A DNA stretch of 64,000 bases from an uncultured archaeon. GTDB taxonomy: Archaea > Altiarchaeota > Altiarchaeia > JAFGQM01. Each line of letters begins with the position of its first letter. Positions within the stretch are counted from its first letter, which is position 1. Both the position numbers and the translations under genes were made by a program. Below are positions 9,814 to 20,666 of the stretch, in pieces. The notes beneath the pieces were generated by a model. It was not told the DNA's origin. It searched no databases and saw only the letters and a program-made list of their open reading frames with translations. The stretch lies in contig CAZQBY010000007.1 in NCBI GenBank assembly GCA_964592405.1, forward strand, positions 1 to 64,000. The letters run 5' to 3'.

Positions 9814-11252
9814 ATATAACCTCTGCCCAGTTTTAGGTATATTTCAGCCTTCTGAAGCTCTCTGCCGAGATAAGCTGCATGATTCATGTCAGATATAAGA
9901 CCCATCTTTATTATCTCCTTGGAGATGGCTTCTGCGCTCTTGCCGGAGAAGAGGTAGTCATATCCTTCTTTGAAGTGGATGGTTACTATCCGGTCATTTC
10001 TGAAATCCACAAATATGTTAAAGTGTCCATTTGGATCCAGTTTTATTTGTGGATTGGTCTCAGGAACTGGAATAACCTTGGCTTCTCCTGCACCAAAATC
10101 CAGTCCTCTGGACTTGCTCTTGGCCAGCAGGAGATGCAGGCCGAGATCCTTTGGAAACGAGCCACGATGCTTGGCCAGGAAGGTCATTTCTATCGCACGC
10201 TTCATCTCCCTCACCGCATTGCGTGTCTTCTGGCTGTTCTCAGTCATCAAAATCAGGGAGATATCCAACTCCACGGCAATGGCTGCAAGGAGGCCATTCA
10301 GGCCGGGGGAATCCACATCCATAAGCTCCACAATATTGCTGGCCCCCATCATCATCGGCTGCGTGCTGGTCTTGCGGAAGGTGTAGTATTTTGAGATGGA
10401 TTCAGCAGTCCGGAACGGGGGTGAAAGAACTGGATCGGCTATAAGATTCACAAAGCCCAGCTCTTGGGCACACTTGAGATTATCTTCAAGTTTTTTCTCT
10501 GGGCCCTCAGCTATCACAACATAGGCTACATCATCTGATACCTTTATCTTGTTCATGTTGTTTGCGCAAAGGCTCAGAACCAGATCTGCACCCGCTTTGA
10601 TGGCTGCATTTATCTCCTTAGGATTCAACGAATCAATACTCACCGGAACGCCGAGTTTCTTTTTGAGCAGCCTAACGAGCCCCGCCAGTCTCCTGGGGTT
10701 CTCTTCAGTGGCAATAGCTCCGATATCTATTATGTCTGCCCCAGATTTGAGATAATATTGTGCACGTTCAATGATCTCCACATCAGAAAGGAGGGGGGCA
10801 TCTACAATCTCTGCAATAATGTGGGGGGGGAAACCACTACCTATCTTCAGGTCTCCGATTGAAAATGTGGCGGGTCTTCTCTCAGCCTCTGCAACCATTT
10901 TTGCATAATCTCTGGCCCCGTTTCTAGCTATTAAAGAGTCCGCAGATTTTGTCTTTGAGAGAGGCACACCCCTCCTGATAACCTCTGGTAGATCGGAGGG
11001 GTGCTCCGGTCCCTTGAAGCAGGGTATCCTGATGACCTTCTCGACCTCGTATACATCAAACCCTGTAAGCCCGGGAAAGATGATTCTCTCATACCTTCTC
11101 TTCAGCCCCTTTATCTCTGAGATAGCCAGTTGTGGGGTTATAAACTGTGCAACAGTGACTGGAAGGGTCAGTACATCGGCGCCCAGTATTCGCGCACACT
11201 CACGCACCTGCAGTTCTGCCAGTTTTCCTGTCACCAAAAGCAGTCTAGCCAT
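9786..11252 (-). CDS. Dihydropteroate synthase-like protein (archaeal/H4MPT-associated family) with DUF4346-like C-terminus
   Basis: LLVTGKLA N-terminus, IIAEIVDAP, GADIIDIG, ELMDVDSPG, HAAYLGRELQKAE. Confidence 0.85.
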   Translation of the reverse strand: MARLLLVTGKLAELQVRECARILGADVLTLPVTVAQFITPQLAISEIKGLKRRYERIIFPGLTGFDVYEVEKVIRIPCFKGPEHPSDLPEVIRRGVPLSKTKSADSLIARNGARDYAKMVAEAERRPATFSIGDLKIGSGFPPHIIAEIVDAPLLSDVEIIERAQYYLKSGADIIDIGAIATEENPRRLAGLVRLLKKKLGVPVSIDSLNPKEINAAIKAGADLVLSLCANNMNKIKVSDDVAYVVIAEGPEKKLEDNLKCAQELGFVNLIADPVLSPPFRTAESISKYYTFRKTSTQPMMMGASNIVELMDVDSPGLNGLLAAIAVELDISLILMTENSQKTRNAVREMKRAIEMTFLAKHRGSFPKDLGLHLLLAKSKSRGLDFGAGEAKVIPVPETNPQIKLDPNGHFNIFVDFRNDRIVTIHFKEGYDYLFSGKSAEAISKEIIKMGLISDMNHAAYLGRELQKAEIYLKLGRGYIQDEVFSGL

Positions 11253-11317
11253 CAGTTCTCATATTTTTCATATATTATTGAGCTAAATGAACAAATACCA
11301 CAGAGGCAATAAGGAAT

Positions 11318-12397
11318 ATGGTTTCTGATGAGGATTATATGCGTGAGGCACTGGAGCTGGCACGGAAGGGACTTGGTAAAACCTCTCCAAACCCTGCAGT
11401 GGGCTGTTTAATAGTAAAGAATGGCAAAGTTATAGGCAGGGGGTTTCATGAGAGGGCAGGTAAAGCCCATGCAGAGGTGAGGGCACTAGCTGAAGCGGGT
11501 AGGGAAGCCAGGAAGGCCACAATGTATGTTACGCTGGAGCCCTGCAATCATTATGGTAGGACCCCACCATGCACGGAGGCAATAATCAGGGCAGGTATTT
11601 CAAGAGTTATAATAGGCACACTGGATCCAAACCCCCTAGTTTCCGGCAGGGGGATGGCATGCCTTTCACGTGCTGGTATAGTAGTTAAGTGTGGTGTCCT
11701 GGAAAGGGAGATTAAGATGATGAATGAGGCATATGAGAAATTCATAACAACAAAGGAGCCATTTGTGATAGTCAAGGCTGCACTGTCGGCAGACGGAAAG
11801 ATTGCGGCAGCAGACGGAAGCTCAAAATGGATAACTGGGGAGGAGGCAAGGCGAGCTGTCCACGAGCTTCGGGGACAGATAGATGCTGTCATGGTTGGAA
11901 TTGGAACAGTCATCAGGGATAATCCCTCGCTGACATGTCGGATAGAAGGTTATAAAAATCCTGTACGCATAGTCGTTGACTCAAGATTGAAAATCAAGGC
12001 TGGTGCTAAGATTCTGAACAATGAGGCGGAAACTATTATTGCGACAACAAAAAATGCCCCTATGGATAAAATTGAAATGCTTAGAAAGCGTGGGGCTAAA
12101 GTCATTGTGGTTGATAGTAATGAACGGGGAGTTATTCTAAAAAAGCTGCTGAAGGAGCTAACATCTGAGGGCATAACCTCAATAATGCTCGAAGGTGGTG
12201 GCAGGCTCATAGGTTCGGCCTTTGATGAGGGTATTGTGGACAAGGTTATGTTTTTCATCGCTCCCAAGATTATAGGCAAGGGCATCACAATAACCGGAGA
12301 AAGTATGCGCAACATAGCCGACTCTATCCTGTTGGAGAGGGTAGAGATGAAAAGGATTGGGGAGGATTTTCTCCTGCTTGGATATCCTGCTAGATAA
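11318..12397 (+). CDS. ribD: Bifunctional pyrimidine deaminase/reductase RibD (bacterial type)
   Basis: PNPAVG, HAE, TLEPCNHYGRTPPC, SKWIT, EGGG. Confidence 0.96.
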   Translation: MVSDEDYMREALELARKGLGKTSPNPAVGCLIVKNGKVIGRGFHERAGKAHAEVRALAEAGREARKATMYVTLEPCNHYGRTPPCTEAIIRAGISRVIIGTLDPNPLVSGRGMACLSRAGIVVKCGVLEREIKMMNEAYEKFITTKEPFVIVKAALSADGKIAAADGSSKWITGEEARRAVHELRGQIDAVMVGIGTVIRDNPSLTCRIEGYKNPVRIVVDSRLKIKAGAKILNNEAETIIATTKNAPMDKIEMLRKRGAKVIVVDSNERGVILKKLLKELTSEGITSIMLEGGGRLIGSAFDEGIVDKVMFFIAPKIIGKGITITGESMRNIADSILLERVEMKRIGEDFLLLGYPAR

Positions 12398-12403
12398 ATA
12401 CAA

Positions 12404-13621
12404 ATGAACACCATAGAAGAAGCAATTGAGGAGCTGAAGAAGGGAAGGTTCATTATTGTTGTGGATGATGAGGATAGAGAAAATGAAGGCGATTTGGTCA
12501 TAGCTGCAGAAAAAATAACTCCGGAGGCCGTGAATTTTATGATAAGGGAGGGCCGGGGACTGGTCTGTCTTGCAGCTACCACAGAAAGGCTAAGAGAGCT
12601 ACAGATACATCCGATGGTCAATGATAATACTGATAGAAAGGAAACTGCATTTACGGTTTCCATAGATGCAAGAGAAGGGACAACAACGGGAATATCTGCC
12701 CATGACCGGGCACGCACCATAATCAAATTCCTAGATCCGGAAGCAAAGCCGGAGGACTTTACCCGCCCGGGCCACATATTTCCACTCCGTGCAAGGGGAG
12801 GAGGTGTGCTCAAACGAGCGGGCCACACAGAAGCAGCTGTGGATCTGGCAAGGCTGGCAGGTCTGTATCCGGCAGGTGTGATATGTGAGATAATCAATGA
12901 GGATGGCACTATGGCAAGGCTCCCACAGCTCAAGGAGTTCGCCAAGAAGCACAAACTTAAGATAATAACAATCAGGGATCTAATTGATTACAGGATAAGG
13001 CACGGCGAAACATACATAGGCGAGGACAGGGAACCCCTGATAGAAAGAGTTGCTGAAGCAAAGCTGCCGACCAAATATGGTAATTTTGAGATGATTGTGT
13101 ATCGGTCGGTGGTTGAGGACAAAGATCATATAGCCCTTGTCAAGGGAAACATTCGGGGAAAGAAAAACGTTCTGGTGCGGGTTCACTCAGAATGCCTCAC
13201 TGGGGATTTGTTTGGTTCTCTCAGATGTGATTGTGGCGATCAGCTTCATGAGGCAATGAAGAGAATAGAGAGAGAGGGGCAGGGAGTTATACTTTACATG
13301 CGGCAGGAGGGAAGGGGCATTGGCCTAAGAAACAAAATAAAGGCTTATGGTTTGCAGGACAGGGGATTGGACACTGTAGAGGCAAACAGCGTCCTTGGAT
13401 TCAAGGATGATTTACGTGACTATGGTATCGGCGCACAAATACTGAGAGACCTAGGCCTGACAAGCATACGCCTGATGACAAACAATCCGCGCAAGATAGT
13501 CGGTCTAGAGGGATATGGGCTGAAGGTAACCGGAAGAGAACCAATATATGTGCCGACAAATCCGCACAATAAAGCATACATCAAGACAAAGAGGGAGAAG
13601 CTGGGACACTTTGAGGAGTGA
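12404..13621 (+). CDS. ribBA: DHBP synthase / GTP cyclohydrolase II
   Basis: [40 protein letters not shown]. Confidence 0.97.
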   Translation: MNTIEEAIEELKKGRFIIVVDDEDRENEGDLVIAAEKITPEAVNFMIREGRGLVCLAATTERLRELQIHPMVNDNTDRKETAFTVSIDAREGTTTGISAHDRARTIIKFLDPEAKPEDFTRPGHIFPLRARGGGVLKRAGHTEAAVDLARLAGLYPAGVICEIINEDGTMARLPQLKEFAKKHKLKIITIRDLIDYRIRHGETYIGEDREPLIERVAEAKLPTKYGNFEMIVYRSVVEDKDHIALVKGNIRGKKNVLVRVHSECLTGDLFGSLRCDCGDQLHEAMKRIEREGQGVILYMRQEGRGIGLRNKIKAYGLQDRGLDTVEANSVLGFKDDLRDYGIGAQILRDLGLTSIRLMTNNPRKIVGLEGYGLKVTGREPIYVPTNPHNKAYIKTKREKLGHFEE

Positions 13622-13739
13622 TGTTGCATATGGAATTGTGAATTGTATGTTGTGAAAATTATTTATGCCTCTATTATTTATATGCCATTCCATTTTTTCC
13701 TTTTTAATTCTTCCACAGAAAAGATAATGCTGTTTCTAG

Positions 13740-14240
<501 letters not shown>

Positions 14241-14308
14241 GCTCTTGAATATGAGGGATACAATCTTTATTTTAATTCAATCAAAAACTAATTATAGGGG
14301 TTTCTAAA

Positions 14309-14716
14309 ATGACGAATCTTGGTATAGTGGTTTCTGAATTCAACTCTGACATAACCAATGCCATGCTGAAAAGGGCAGAGGAGCACGCCAAATTATTAGG
14401 GGCAAAGGTCGTTGAGGTTGCAACCGTTCCGGGATCATATGACATTCCAATAATGGTCAAAAAGCTGCTTCAGAAGAAAGAGATAAATGCTGTTGTGGCC
14501 TTGGGCGCAATAATCGAGGGTGATACAGAACATGATGAGATGATAGCCAGCCAGCTTGCCAGAAAGCTGATGGATTTGTCTCTTGAATATGAGAAGCCCG
14601 TTGGGTTAGGAGTCAGCGGACCCGGCCAGACACGCGCACAGGCAATGGCAAGGATAGATGAGTATGCCAAGAGGGGTGTGGAAGCTGCTGTCAAACTTTC
14701 AAGGAATGTTCAATAA
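14309..14716 (+). CDS. ribH: 6,7-dimethyl-8-ribityllumazine synthase
   Basis: IVVSEFNSDIT, VPGSYDIP, LGAIIEGDTEH. Confidence 0.95.
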   Translation: MTNLGIVVSEFNSDITNAMLKRAEEHAKLLGAKVVEVATVPGSYDIPIMVKKLLQKKEINAVVALGAIIEGDTEHDEMIASQLARKLMDLSLEYEKPVGLGVSGPGQTRAQAMARIDEYAKRGVEAAVKLSRNVQ

Positions 14717-14728
14717 CTGGAGGAGATT

Positions 14729-15931
14729 ATGGAAAATGATTTTATGATCGGTGAGGCGCTGGTTGGCGAAGGCAACGAAATAGCACATGTTGACTTGACC
14801 ATAGGCAAGAAAAATGGGCCTGTAGGTACGGCCTTCCTGAATGGTATGACACAGCCATCACAGGGTCATACCCCCCTCCTTGCAGTCATAAGGCCAAACC
14901 TGATACCCAAGCCGGCAACGTTGATAATACCAAAAGTTACTGTAAGAAATTTAGAGGATGCCAATAAGATATTCGGTCCGGCGCAAGCAGCTGTCGCAAA
15001 GGCTGTTGCCGATGCTGTGCAGGAAGGAGTTATTCCTGAGGAATATGCTGAGGATTACGTTATAATAGCATCCATATTCATACACCCGGAGGCTGAAGAC
15101 TACGAAAAGATATACAGATACAACTACTCTGCCACTAAGCTGGCAATCAAGAGGGCTCTTGAAGGTTATCCAAGTCTGAAGAAGATAAACTTTGAGAAAG
15201 ACCGCTCAACACATGTGATAGCAGGAGTCAAGATGACGAGATTGTGGAGACCGCCTTATCTACAAATAGCTATAGACATCACGAACATGGGTGCAATTAA
15301 GCGGGTCATTGAGCAGATACCAAGAAACGATACTGTCATATTGGAGGCTGGGACTCCATTCATAAAGGAATGGGGAGTCAGGGGAATCAAAGAACTGAGA
15401 AAGCTCAGACCTGAGGTATTCATCGTTGCGGATTTGAAGACCTTAGATGTTGGAAGGGTCGAAGTAGATCTTGCATATAACCAAGGGGCTGATGCAGTAG
15501 TAGTCTCTGGACTATCAACGAAAGAGACGATAAACAATGTTGTCTACGAAGCCCACAGGATGGGTATCTATGCCTATATAGACATGATGAATGTGGCCGA
15601 TCCGAAGGGTGTGCTAAAGGGACTCAGGGAACAGCCGGATGTTGTCATACTGCACCGTAATGTTGATACTGGCAGGGGAAAGGAAAACCAAGCTGAGGAC
15701 GTTCGTTGGAAGCTTATTAAGGAGATCAAAAGCGAGATTTCTGATAAGATACTCTTTGCTGTTGCAGGAGGTATAAATCCAAAAACTGCCAAGCAGGCGC
15801 TAATAAACGGAGCGGATATCCTCATAGTCGGCAGATACATAACCCAGTCCAAAGATCCGGAGAGGTCAGCCAGAGAGCTCCTAGCACTTCTTGGGGAGGA
15901 TACAGATCTCTATAGAACCCACTGGGAATAG
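14729..15931 (+). CDS. fae-hps: Formaldehyde-activating enzyme / 3-hexulose-6-phosphate synthase fusion
   Basis: Fae domain ([32 protein letters not shown]) plus HPS domain ([24 protein letters not shown]). Confidence 0.93.
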   Translation: MENDFMIGEALVGEGNEIAHVDLTIGKKNGPVGTAFLNGMTQPSQGHTPLLAVIRPNLIPKPATLIIPKVTVRNLEDANKIFGPAQAAVAKAVADAVQEGVIPEEYAEDYVIIASIFIHPEAEDYEKIYRYNYSATKLAIKRALEGYPSLKKINFEKDRSTHVIAGVKMTRLWRPPYLQIAIDITNMGAIKRVIEQIPRNDTVILEAGTPFIKEWGVRGIKELRKLRPEVFIVADLKTLDVGRVEVDLAYNQGADAVVVSGLSTKETINNVVYEAHRMGIYAYIDMMNVADPKGVLKGLREQPDVVILHRNVDTGRGKENQAEDVRWKLIKEIKSEISDKILFAVAGGINPKTAKQALINGADILIVGRYITQSKDPERSARELLALLGEDTDLYRTHWE

Positions 15932-15937
15932 TTTATA

Positions 15938-16798
15938 ATGAAGAAGGTTTTGCTGTATCTGGATACGAACAAGGTAGCCAATCCCTTTGACCCTCTTCTA
16001 GCCTTGGATGGCGACTATGATGCGGTTCTCCCATATGCCAGTGTGACAGAGGAGAATGTAGAATACATAATCCACAATGCTATATTTGCGCGTAGTGATG
16101 AAGGCAGGAAGAACACAGTTATCATGGTGGGTGGCAGTCTGGATGAGTCAGAGAAGATTTTTCAAAAACTTAGGCGTATGCTGCGCACACCATTTGAGAT
16201 GTCGGTCATATTCGACCCGAATGGAGCCTGCACTACTGCTGCAGCCACTATTGCAAAGATAGAAAAACTTATAGGTAACATTAGAGGTAAGAGAATCACA
16301 ATTCTGGCGGGCACAGGACCTATTGGCCAGATATCTGCACTTCTCCTGAGAAATCTCGGAGGAGAAGTAACCATAACCTCTAGGAGCAAGGATAAGGCGG
16401 TGAGGACTGCCAACCGGCTCTCTGATGATGTAAGAGGTAGTGTCATAGGACTACAAGGAGCAACACCAGATGAGAGAGTAAAGGCTTGCAGGAATGCTGA
16501 CATAATCCTTGCTACAGGGGCCAAGGGCACACAGCTCCTAGACTCAGAAGCTCTTGGAAAACTGAAGCCCAAGATAGTTGCTGATGTAAACGCCATCCAG
16601 CCTTATGGTATAGAAGAAATAAAGCCGGACATGGATGGTGATGATATCCGGGGGACAAAGGGTCTGGGGCCCTGCACAATAGGCGATCTAAAGAATCTGG
16701 TCGAAAAGGAGATGCTCAAAAAGGCGCTTGAGGAAACCAAGTTCTTTGATTACAACGATGCTCTGATTCTTGCAAGGGAACTCTCCAGATCTAGATAA
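15938..16798 (+). CDS. NAD(P)-dependent methylene-tetrahydromethanopterin dehydrogenase (MtdA/MtdB-like)
   Basis: PFD..ALDG, AIFAR, DPNGACTTAAA, Rossmann AGTGPIG, DVNAIQPYGI. Confidence 0.85.
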   Translation: MKKVLLYLDTNKVANPFDPLLALDGDYDAVLPYASVTEENVEYIIHNAIFARSDEGRKNTVIMVGGSLDESEKIFQKLRRMLRTPFEMSVIFDPNGACTTAAATIAKIEKLIGNIRGKRITILAGTGPIGQISALLLRNLGGEVTITSRSKDKAVRTANRLSDDVRGSVIGLQGATPDERVKACRNADIILATGAKGTQLLDSEALGKLKPKIVADVNAIQPYGIEEIKPDMDGDDIRGTKGLGPCTIGDLKNLVEKEMLKKALEETKFFDYNDALILARELSRSR

Positions 16799-16813
16799 AA
16801 AATTTATGCTATC

Positions 16814-17614
16814 TTATACTATTCCCTCAAGTATCTCGCCTATCCTGTCCTCAATTCCAAAGAGCATTAGGTGAATCCCCCCGAATCCTCTCTCCTTCAC
16901 ACTATGTGCGAGCTTGTTCGCAAGACGGATGCCATCATCCACTGTTCTGACAGACTTCGCAACCTCTTGAGATATGGATATTCCGGGTATGTTTTTATTG
17001 AAGTATTCAACATGTCCGGGAGCAAGTGGGAAGATACCAACAAGTATTTTCTTCCGGTTCTTCCTGACCACCTCATTCTCCAAGTGATCCAAATCAAAAG
17101 TCATCTGGGTTTGTATGAAATCTACGTACTTCAGCTTCTTCTCAAGCTTTATCTGCTCGGGTTCATTTGGCTGTGCCATGGGATTGTAGGCAGCACCTAC
17201 ATTCATCTCGAAACCCTTGAACCTCTTGGGCATTTCTCTCTTGATAAGCCTAAGGAGGCTGACAGAATCAAATTCATAGACGGGCTTAGCGTCTTGTGGA
17301 TAGTCGCCGGTTATTGCCAGCACATTATTTATGCCCAGTAGTTTTGCACCAAGCAGATCGTTGATTATCGCAGTCTTGTTTCTGTCCCGGGCGCAGATCT
17401 GGAGAACCGGCTCAAATCCATTCTGTTTGAGGATATATGAAGCCACAAGTGAGGATAGTTGTGGTATGCCAAGTGGTGAGTCTATAACGTTCAGGGCATC
17501 CACATATGGTCTGAATTTCTCAGCCTTTTTTAGAAACAATTCTGATACAGCTGCCTCAGGCTCGACCTCTCCCGTTACTATGAACTTCCTGCCAAGTTTG
17601 TCAGCAAAGGTCAT
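16814..17614 (-). CDS. metF: Methylene-tetrahydrofolate(-like) reductase MetF
   Basis: LQICARDRN, NVLAITGD, DFIQTQ, GIHLM. Confidence 0.88.
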   Translation of the reverse strand: MTFADKLGRKFIVTGEVEPEAAVSELFLKKAEKFRPYVDALNVIDSPLGIPQLSSLVASYILKQNGFEPVLQICARDRNKTAIINDLLGAKLLGINNVLAITGDYPQDAKPVYEFDSVSLLRLIKREMPKRFKGFEMNVGAAYNPMAQPNEPEQIKLEKKLKYVDFIQTQMTFDLDHLENEVVRKNRKKILVGIFPLAPGHVEYFNKNIPGISISQEVAKSVRTVDDGIRLANKLAHSVKERGFGGIHLMLFGIEDRIGEILEGIV

Positions 17615-17766
17615 AATTCCCTCCTCAGGCTGTCAGGATTTCGCTCCCAAGCTGCAACAAAAATACACTTTTTGTCTGGATAGACCTCACAATGGCCGTT
17701 CTTGTATCCGCCGCACGGCCCATTCTTCAAAAACTTGGGGCATCCCTTGACAGTTTCCATCTTCAT
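17611..17766 (-). CDS. metV: Minimal MetV-like Cys-rich subunit (51 aa; missed by the ORF track)
   Basis: MKMETVKGCPKFLKNGPCGGYKNGHCEVYPDKKCIFVAAWERNPDSLRREL; CPK..NGPCGG...CEV....C motif; AGGAGG SD; ATGA overlap with metF. Confidence 0.85.
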   Translation of the reverse strand: MKMETVKGCPKFLKNGPCGGYKNGHCEVYPDKKCIFVAAWERNPDSLRREL

Positions 17767-17946
17767 GACCCTCCTTTCGCATCCTCATGGAGATGCGTGG
17801 AACGAAGTGAAGGCATGTTAAGGTTGGCGCTGATAGCTTAATAATACAATCAGAATATTATTATTTGGAGTCATATAAATATAGAGTCGTATAAATGTCT
17901 TGTTGGCCGTGGTGAATATTGAATCTACCTCTTCGCCTTCATGGCT

Positions 17947-18363
17947 TTATATAAACAGCGTTACATCCGACTCGGCAGCCTCCTTGATGTATGTTCCGAC
18001 TGCCCCATATTGATCTATGAGCTTTCTGTCGAGATCCTCAGGCCTGCAGCCCATGACCTCCATGGTCATGTCACAGGCAATTATTTTCCCCCCAAGCTCC
18101 CTGAAGTCTCTGATAAGTTTCTCAAGAGAAGCGACATTGGCTGCCTTCATCTTTCTCTTCATGAACCATCTGCCCAAGCCAAGCAAGTTCATCTTAGACA
18201 GGGGGCCACCAGAGAGCTGACCCTTCCTGAGTCGTTGTAAGCCCCAGAAAGTGAAGTATATTGAACATTTCATGCCCATGGAGAGGGCACCCGTTCCTAT
18301 TATGAGTGCACTGTATACCTTGTCGTAATCTCCTGAATGCAGAACTATTGTAACCTTCTTCAT
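17947..18363 (-). CDS. DsrE/DsrF-like (DsrE2/DrsH) sulfur-relay protein
   Basis: YFTFWGL, IIACDMTMEVMG, GAVGTYI. Confidence 0.85.
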   Translation of the reverse strand: MKKVTIVLHSGDYDKVYSALIIGTGALSMGMKCSIYFTFWGLQRLRKGQLSGGPLSKMNLLGLGRWFMKRKMKAANVASLEKLIRDFRELGGKIIACDMTMEVMGCRPEDLDRKLIDQYGAVGTYIKEAAESDVTLFI

Positions 18364-18581
18364 TTTTGTATTAGTATCCTCCAGTTATTGTCAGGACCCT
18401 CGACCTTGAGTAACTTCAGCCCCATGGCTTTAGCTGCCATGGGAATCTCCCTCTTTGAGGCAGGGTGTGTTCCAACAATTTCCATTACTTGTCCTTTTTT
18501 GGCCAAGTTTATCGCCTTTCTCGTCTCAATCAGGGGTATGGGACATGTTTCATTAATGCAGTCCACAAGTATATCGGGCAT
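18360..18581 (-). CDS. tusA: TusA/SirA-family sulfur carrier
   Basis: DC..ETCPIPL motif, 73 aa; overlaps the dsrE-like start. Confidence 0.85.
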   Translation of the reverse strand: MPDILVDCINETCPIPLIETRKAINLAKKGQVMEIVGTHPASKREIPMAAKAMGLKLLKVEGPDNNWRILIQK

Positions 18582-18660
18582 ATATTTCTAGGCGGAGGCT
18601 GTAGAAAAATAGTTAGAAAAATGATATATCAACTACCGTCGAATAACCAATAGTTGATTA

Positions 18661-18696
18661 GTTGGTGCTATTGACGCTGTTGATGCAGTTGGTGCT
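18661..18696. repeat. Degenerate 9-bp tandem repeat (4 copies)
   Basis: gttggtgct attgacgct gttgatgca gttggtgct. Confidence 0.6.
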
Positions 18697-18723
18697 AAAA
18701 ACAATTGGGTTCTTTGGTCTACT

Positions 18724-18909
18724 CTATGTCTTTATGTGGATACATCCCACAGGACAGACGTCCGCTGCCTCCTTGTTGCATCCAACCTCATCCAGCTCTG
18801 TCTTTTTTGGATGAGACTTTCCATCGGAACCCATCTCCCAGTTGTCACACACTGCTGCACAGGCTCCACATCCAATACAGTCCTCTATTACATGCTCTAT
18901 TTTCACCAT
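18724..18909 (-). CDS. Monocluster ferredoxin
   Basis: CIGCGAC...CP motif, 61 aa. Confidence 0.9.
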   Translation of the reverse strand: MVKIEHVIEDCIGCGACAAVCDNWEMGSDGKSHPKKTELDEVGCNKEAADVCPVGCIHIKT

Positions 18910-18976
18910 TTTGAACTCCGCGTTATTTTGTTGATTTGGTTTAAAAAGCCTTTGGTTTTTTGCACCGCTTTTTACA

Positions 18977-19828
18977 CTACTTGGGATCTATATGTATAAA
19001 GACGTCATCCACGAATGGTATCTCCTTAACCAAGGTTTCAACCTTCTTACCTATTTCGTGCGCATCCTCCATGTTACATGTTTTGTCCACTTCCACATGC
19101 ACTTGGACATGTATATAATTCCCAACGTAATGGGCACGGAGCTCATGAATCCCCAAAACCCCGTTTATACCTGTTACTTTTCTATAGATTTCATCCAACA
19201 ATTCCTTGTTTGGGGATTTGCCCATGAGATAGTCTATGTTCTCGGCGCCTATCCTGTAACCAGAACGAATTACGAACAGACCTATGAGTATGGCTGCATA
19301 GCAGTCTAGGTTAGTGAAACCAAGAGCAGGCCCAGAAAAGCCAAGAAGGGCGACGGATGATATCAGAATATCATTTCGGGAGTCAACCGAACTTGCATGC
19401 AGGGCCGGGCTGCCTATCCTAGCAGCAATCCTCCCAAGGTAGAGCCACATTCCTGCCTTAACTCCCATGCTGACCAAGAGAATCGCAATTCCAAAGAGGT
19501 TGAAGATATGAAACCTTGTGGCAATAAGCCCCATGAGCCCTTCCTTTATTATTTCAAAACCCAATATTCCGGCCAGTATTGATATGAGAAGGGCGGCTAT
19601 GGGCTCTGCCCTGTGATGGCCAAATGGGTGTCCTTCATCAGCCTTTTTGTGGGATATCTTTACAGCTATGAAGACAGCAACAGAGTAAACCGTATCAGAA
19701 AAGGAATTAAGGGCGTCTGAGAACATGGCCAGACTTCCTGTCAAAAGACCTCCAAGAAACTTTATGATGAATAAAAATGTGTTAAAGATTATTCCTATTA
19801 TTGTGGCCCGTCTGCCTGGATTAGTCAT
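18977..19828 (-). CDS. Cation diffusion facilitator (FieF-like) transporter
   Basis: SDALNSFSD, HPFGHHRAE, C-terminal HIDP. Confidence 0.92.
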   Translation of the reverse strand: MTNPGRRATIIGIIFNTFLFIIKFLGGLLTGSLAMFSDALNSFSDTVYSVAVFIAVKISHKKADEGHPFGHHRAEPIAALLISILAGILGFEIIKEGLMGLIATRFHIFNLFGIAILLVSMGVKAGMWLYLGRIAARIGSPALHASSVDSRNDILISSVALLGFSGPALGFTNLDCYAAILIGLFVIRSGYRIGAENIDYLMGKSPNKELLDEIYRKVTGINGVLGIHELRAHYVGNYIHVQVHVEVDKTCNMEDAHEIGKKVETLVKEIPFVDDVFIHIDPK

Positions 19829-19893
19829 AGTCTATTTTCATGTTTGATGATTAAAGACTTTCTCTTTTTAACCGATTAGCGCTAAATTAAGTG

Positions 19894-20307
19894 ATGGATT
19901 TCTCTAATTATGATGCCCTTCTGGATAGGGCCTATGCACAGCTTCCGGAGAAGACCAAAACGACAGTCCGCTTCGAGATGCCGCAGGTAGAGGTGTTCTT
20001 TGAGGGTAACAAAACCATTCTGAAAAATTTCAGCCAAGTGGCCAAGATGCTGAATCGCAATGAGGAACACTTACAGAAATATTTGACAAAGGATCTTGGA
20101 GCATATTCAATGGTTATGGGAGAACGCCTAGTATTTAACAAGAAACTTTTTGGTAAGAAAATTGGTGATGGTGTAAAAAAATATGTCAGGGAGTATGTCC
20201 TGTGTCCACAGTGTGGAAAACCCGACACTATTTTTACCACTCTGGAAGGCGTCAGAATACTCAAATGTGAGGCCTGTGGAGGGTGGAAACCCCTGAAGAA
20301 TATTTAG
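19894..20307 (+). CDS. Translation initiation factor aIF-2 beta
   Basis: RFEMP, GNKTILKNF, CPQCGKPDT..CEACG Zn ribbon. Confidence 0.93.
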   Translation: MDFSNYDALLDRAYAQLPEKTKTTVRFEMPQVEVFFEGNKTILKNFSQVAKMLNRNEEHLQKYLTKDLGAYSMVMGERLVFNKKLFGKKIGDGVKKYVREYVLCPQCGKPDTIFTTLEGVRILKCEACGGWKPLKNI

Positions 20308-20331
20308 ATACCAGATATCTGGATAATCGAG

Positions 20332-20631
20332 ATGAGGGATATAGCTGTTAAGGTGCATGAGAGTGAAAAGGGAAGGATCATTGGTGCTTGTGATATAGAG
20401 TTACTTGGCCGTAGCCTCAATGAGGGTGAGCTGACAGTGCATATTTCAGAAGAGTTCTATTTTGGCCGGCATGCCACTCCAGAAGAAATCATTGAGCTGC
20501 TGGATAAATGTCTGAGTGCCAACCTGATCGGCAAGAGGGTTGTTGGAGCATATTGCAAGGCAAATCCGGATGCCGAAAATCATATTATGTTTGTAGATGG
20601 CGTCCCCCACCTACAGATATATAGACTATGA
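20332..20631 (+). CDS. DUF424 family protein
   Basis: ACDIELLG, FYFG, ANLIGKRVV, GVPHLQ; usual neighbour of aIF-2beta. Confidence 0.85.
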   Translation: MRDIAVKVHESEKGRIIGACDIELLGRSLNEGELTVHISEEFYFGRHATPEEIIELLDKCLSANLIGKRVVGAYCKANPDAENHIMFVDGVPHLQIYRL

Positions 20632-20666
20632 ATTTGTCTTTTTATACGGCCAACCGTTATTAATTC

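Noticed and set aside
11253-11317. FMN riboswitch upstream of ribD
   Set aside because: Gap is only 65 nt, AT-rich, shared with a divergent gene and lacks the RFN consensus
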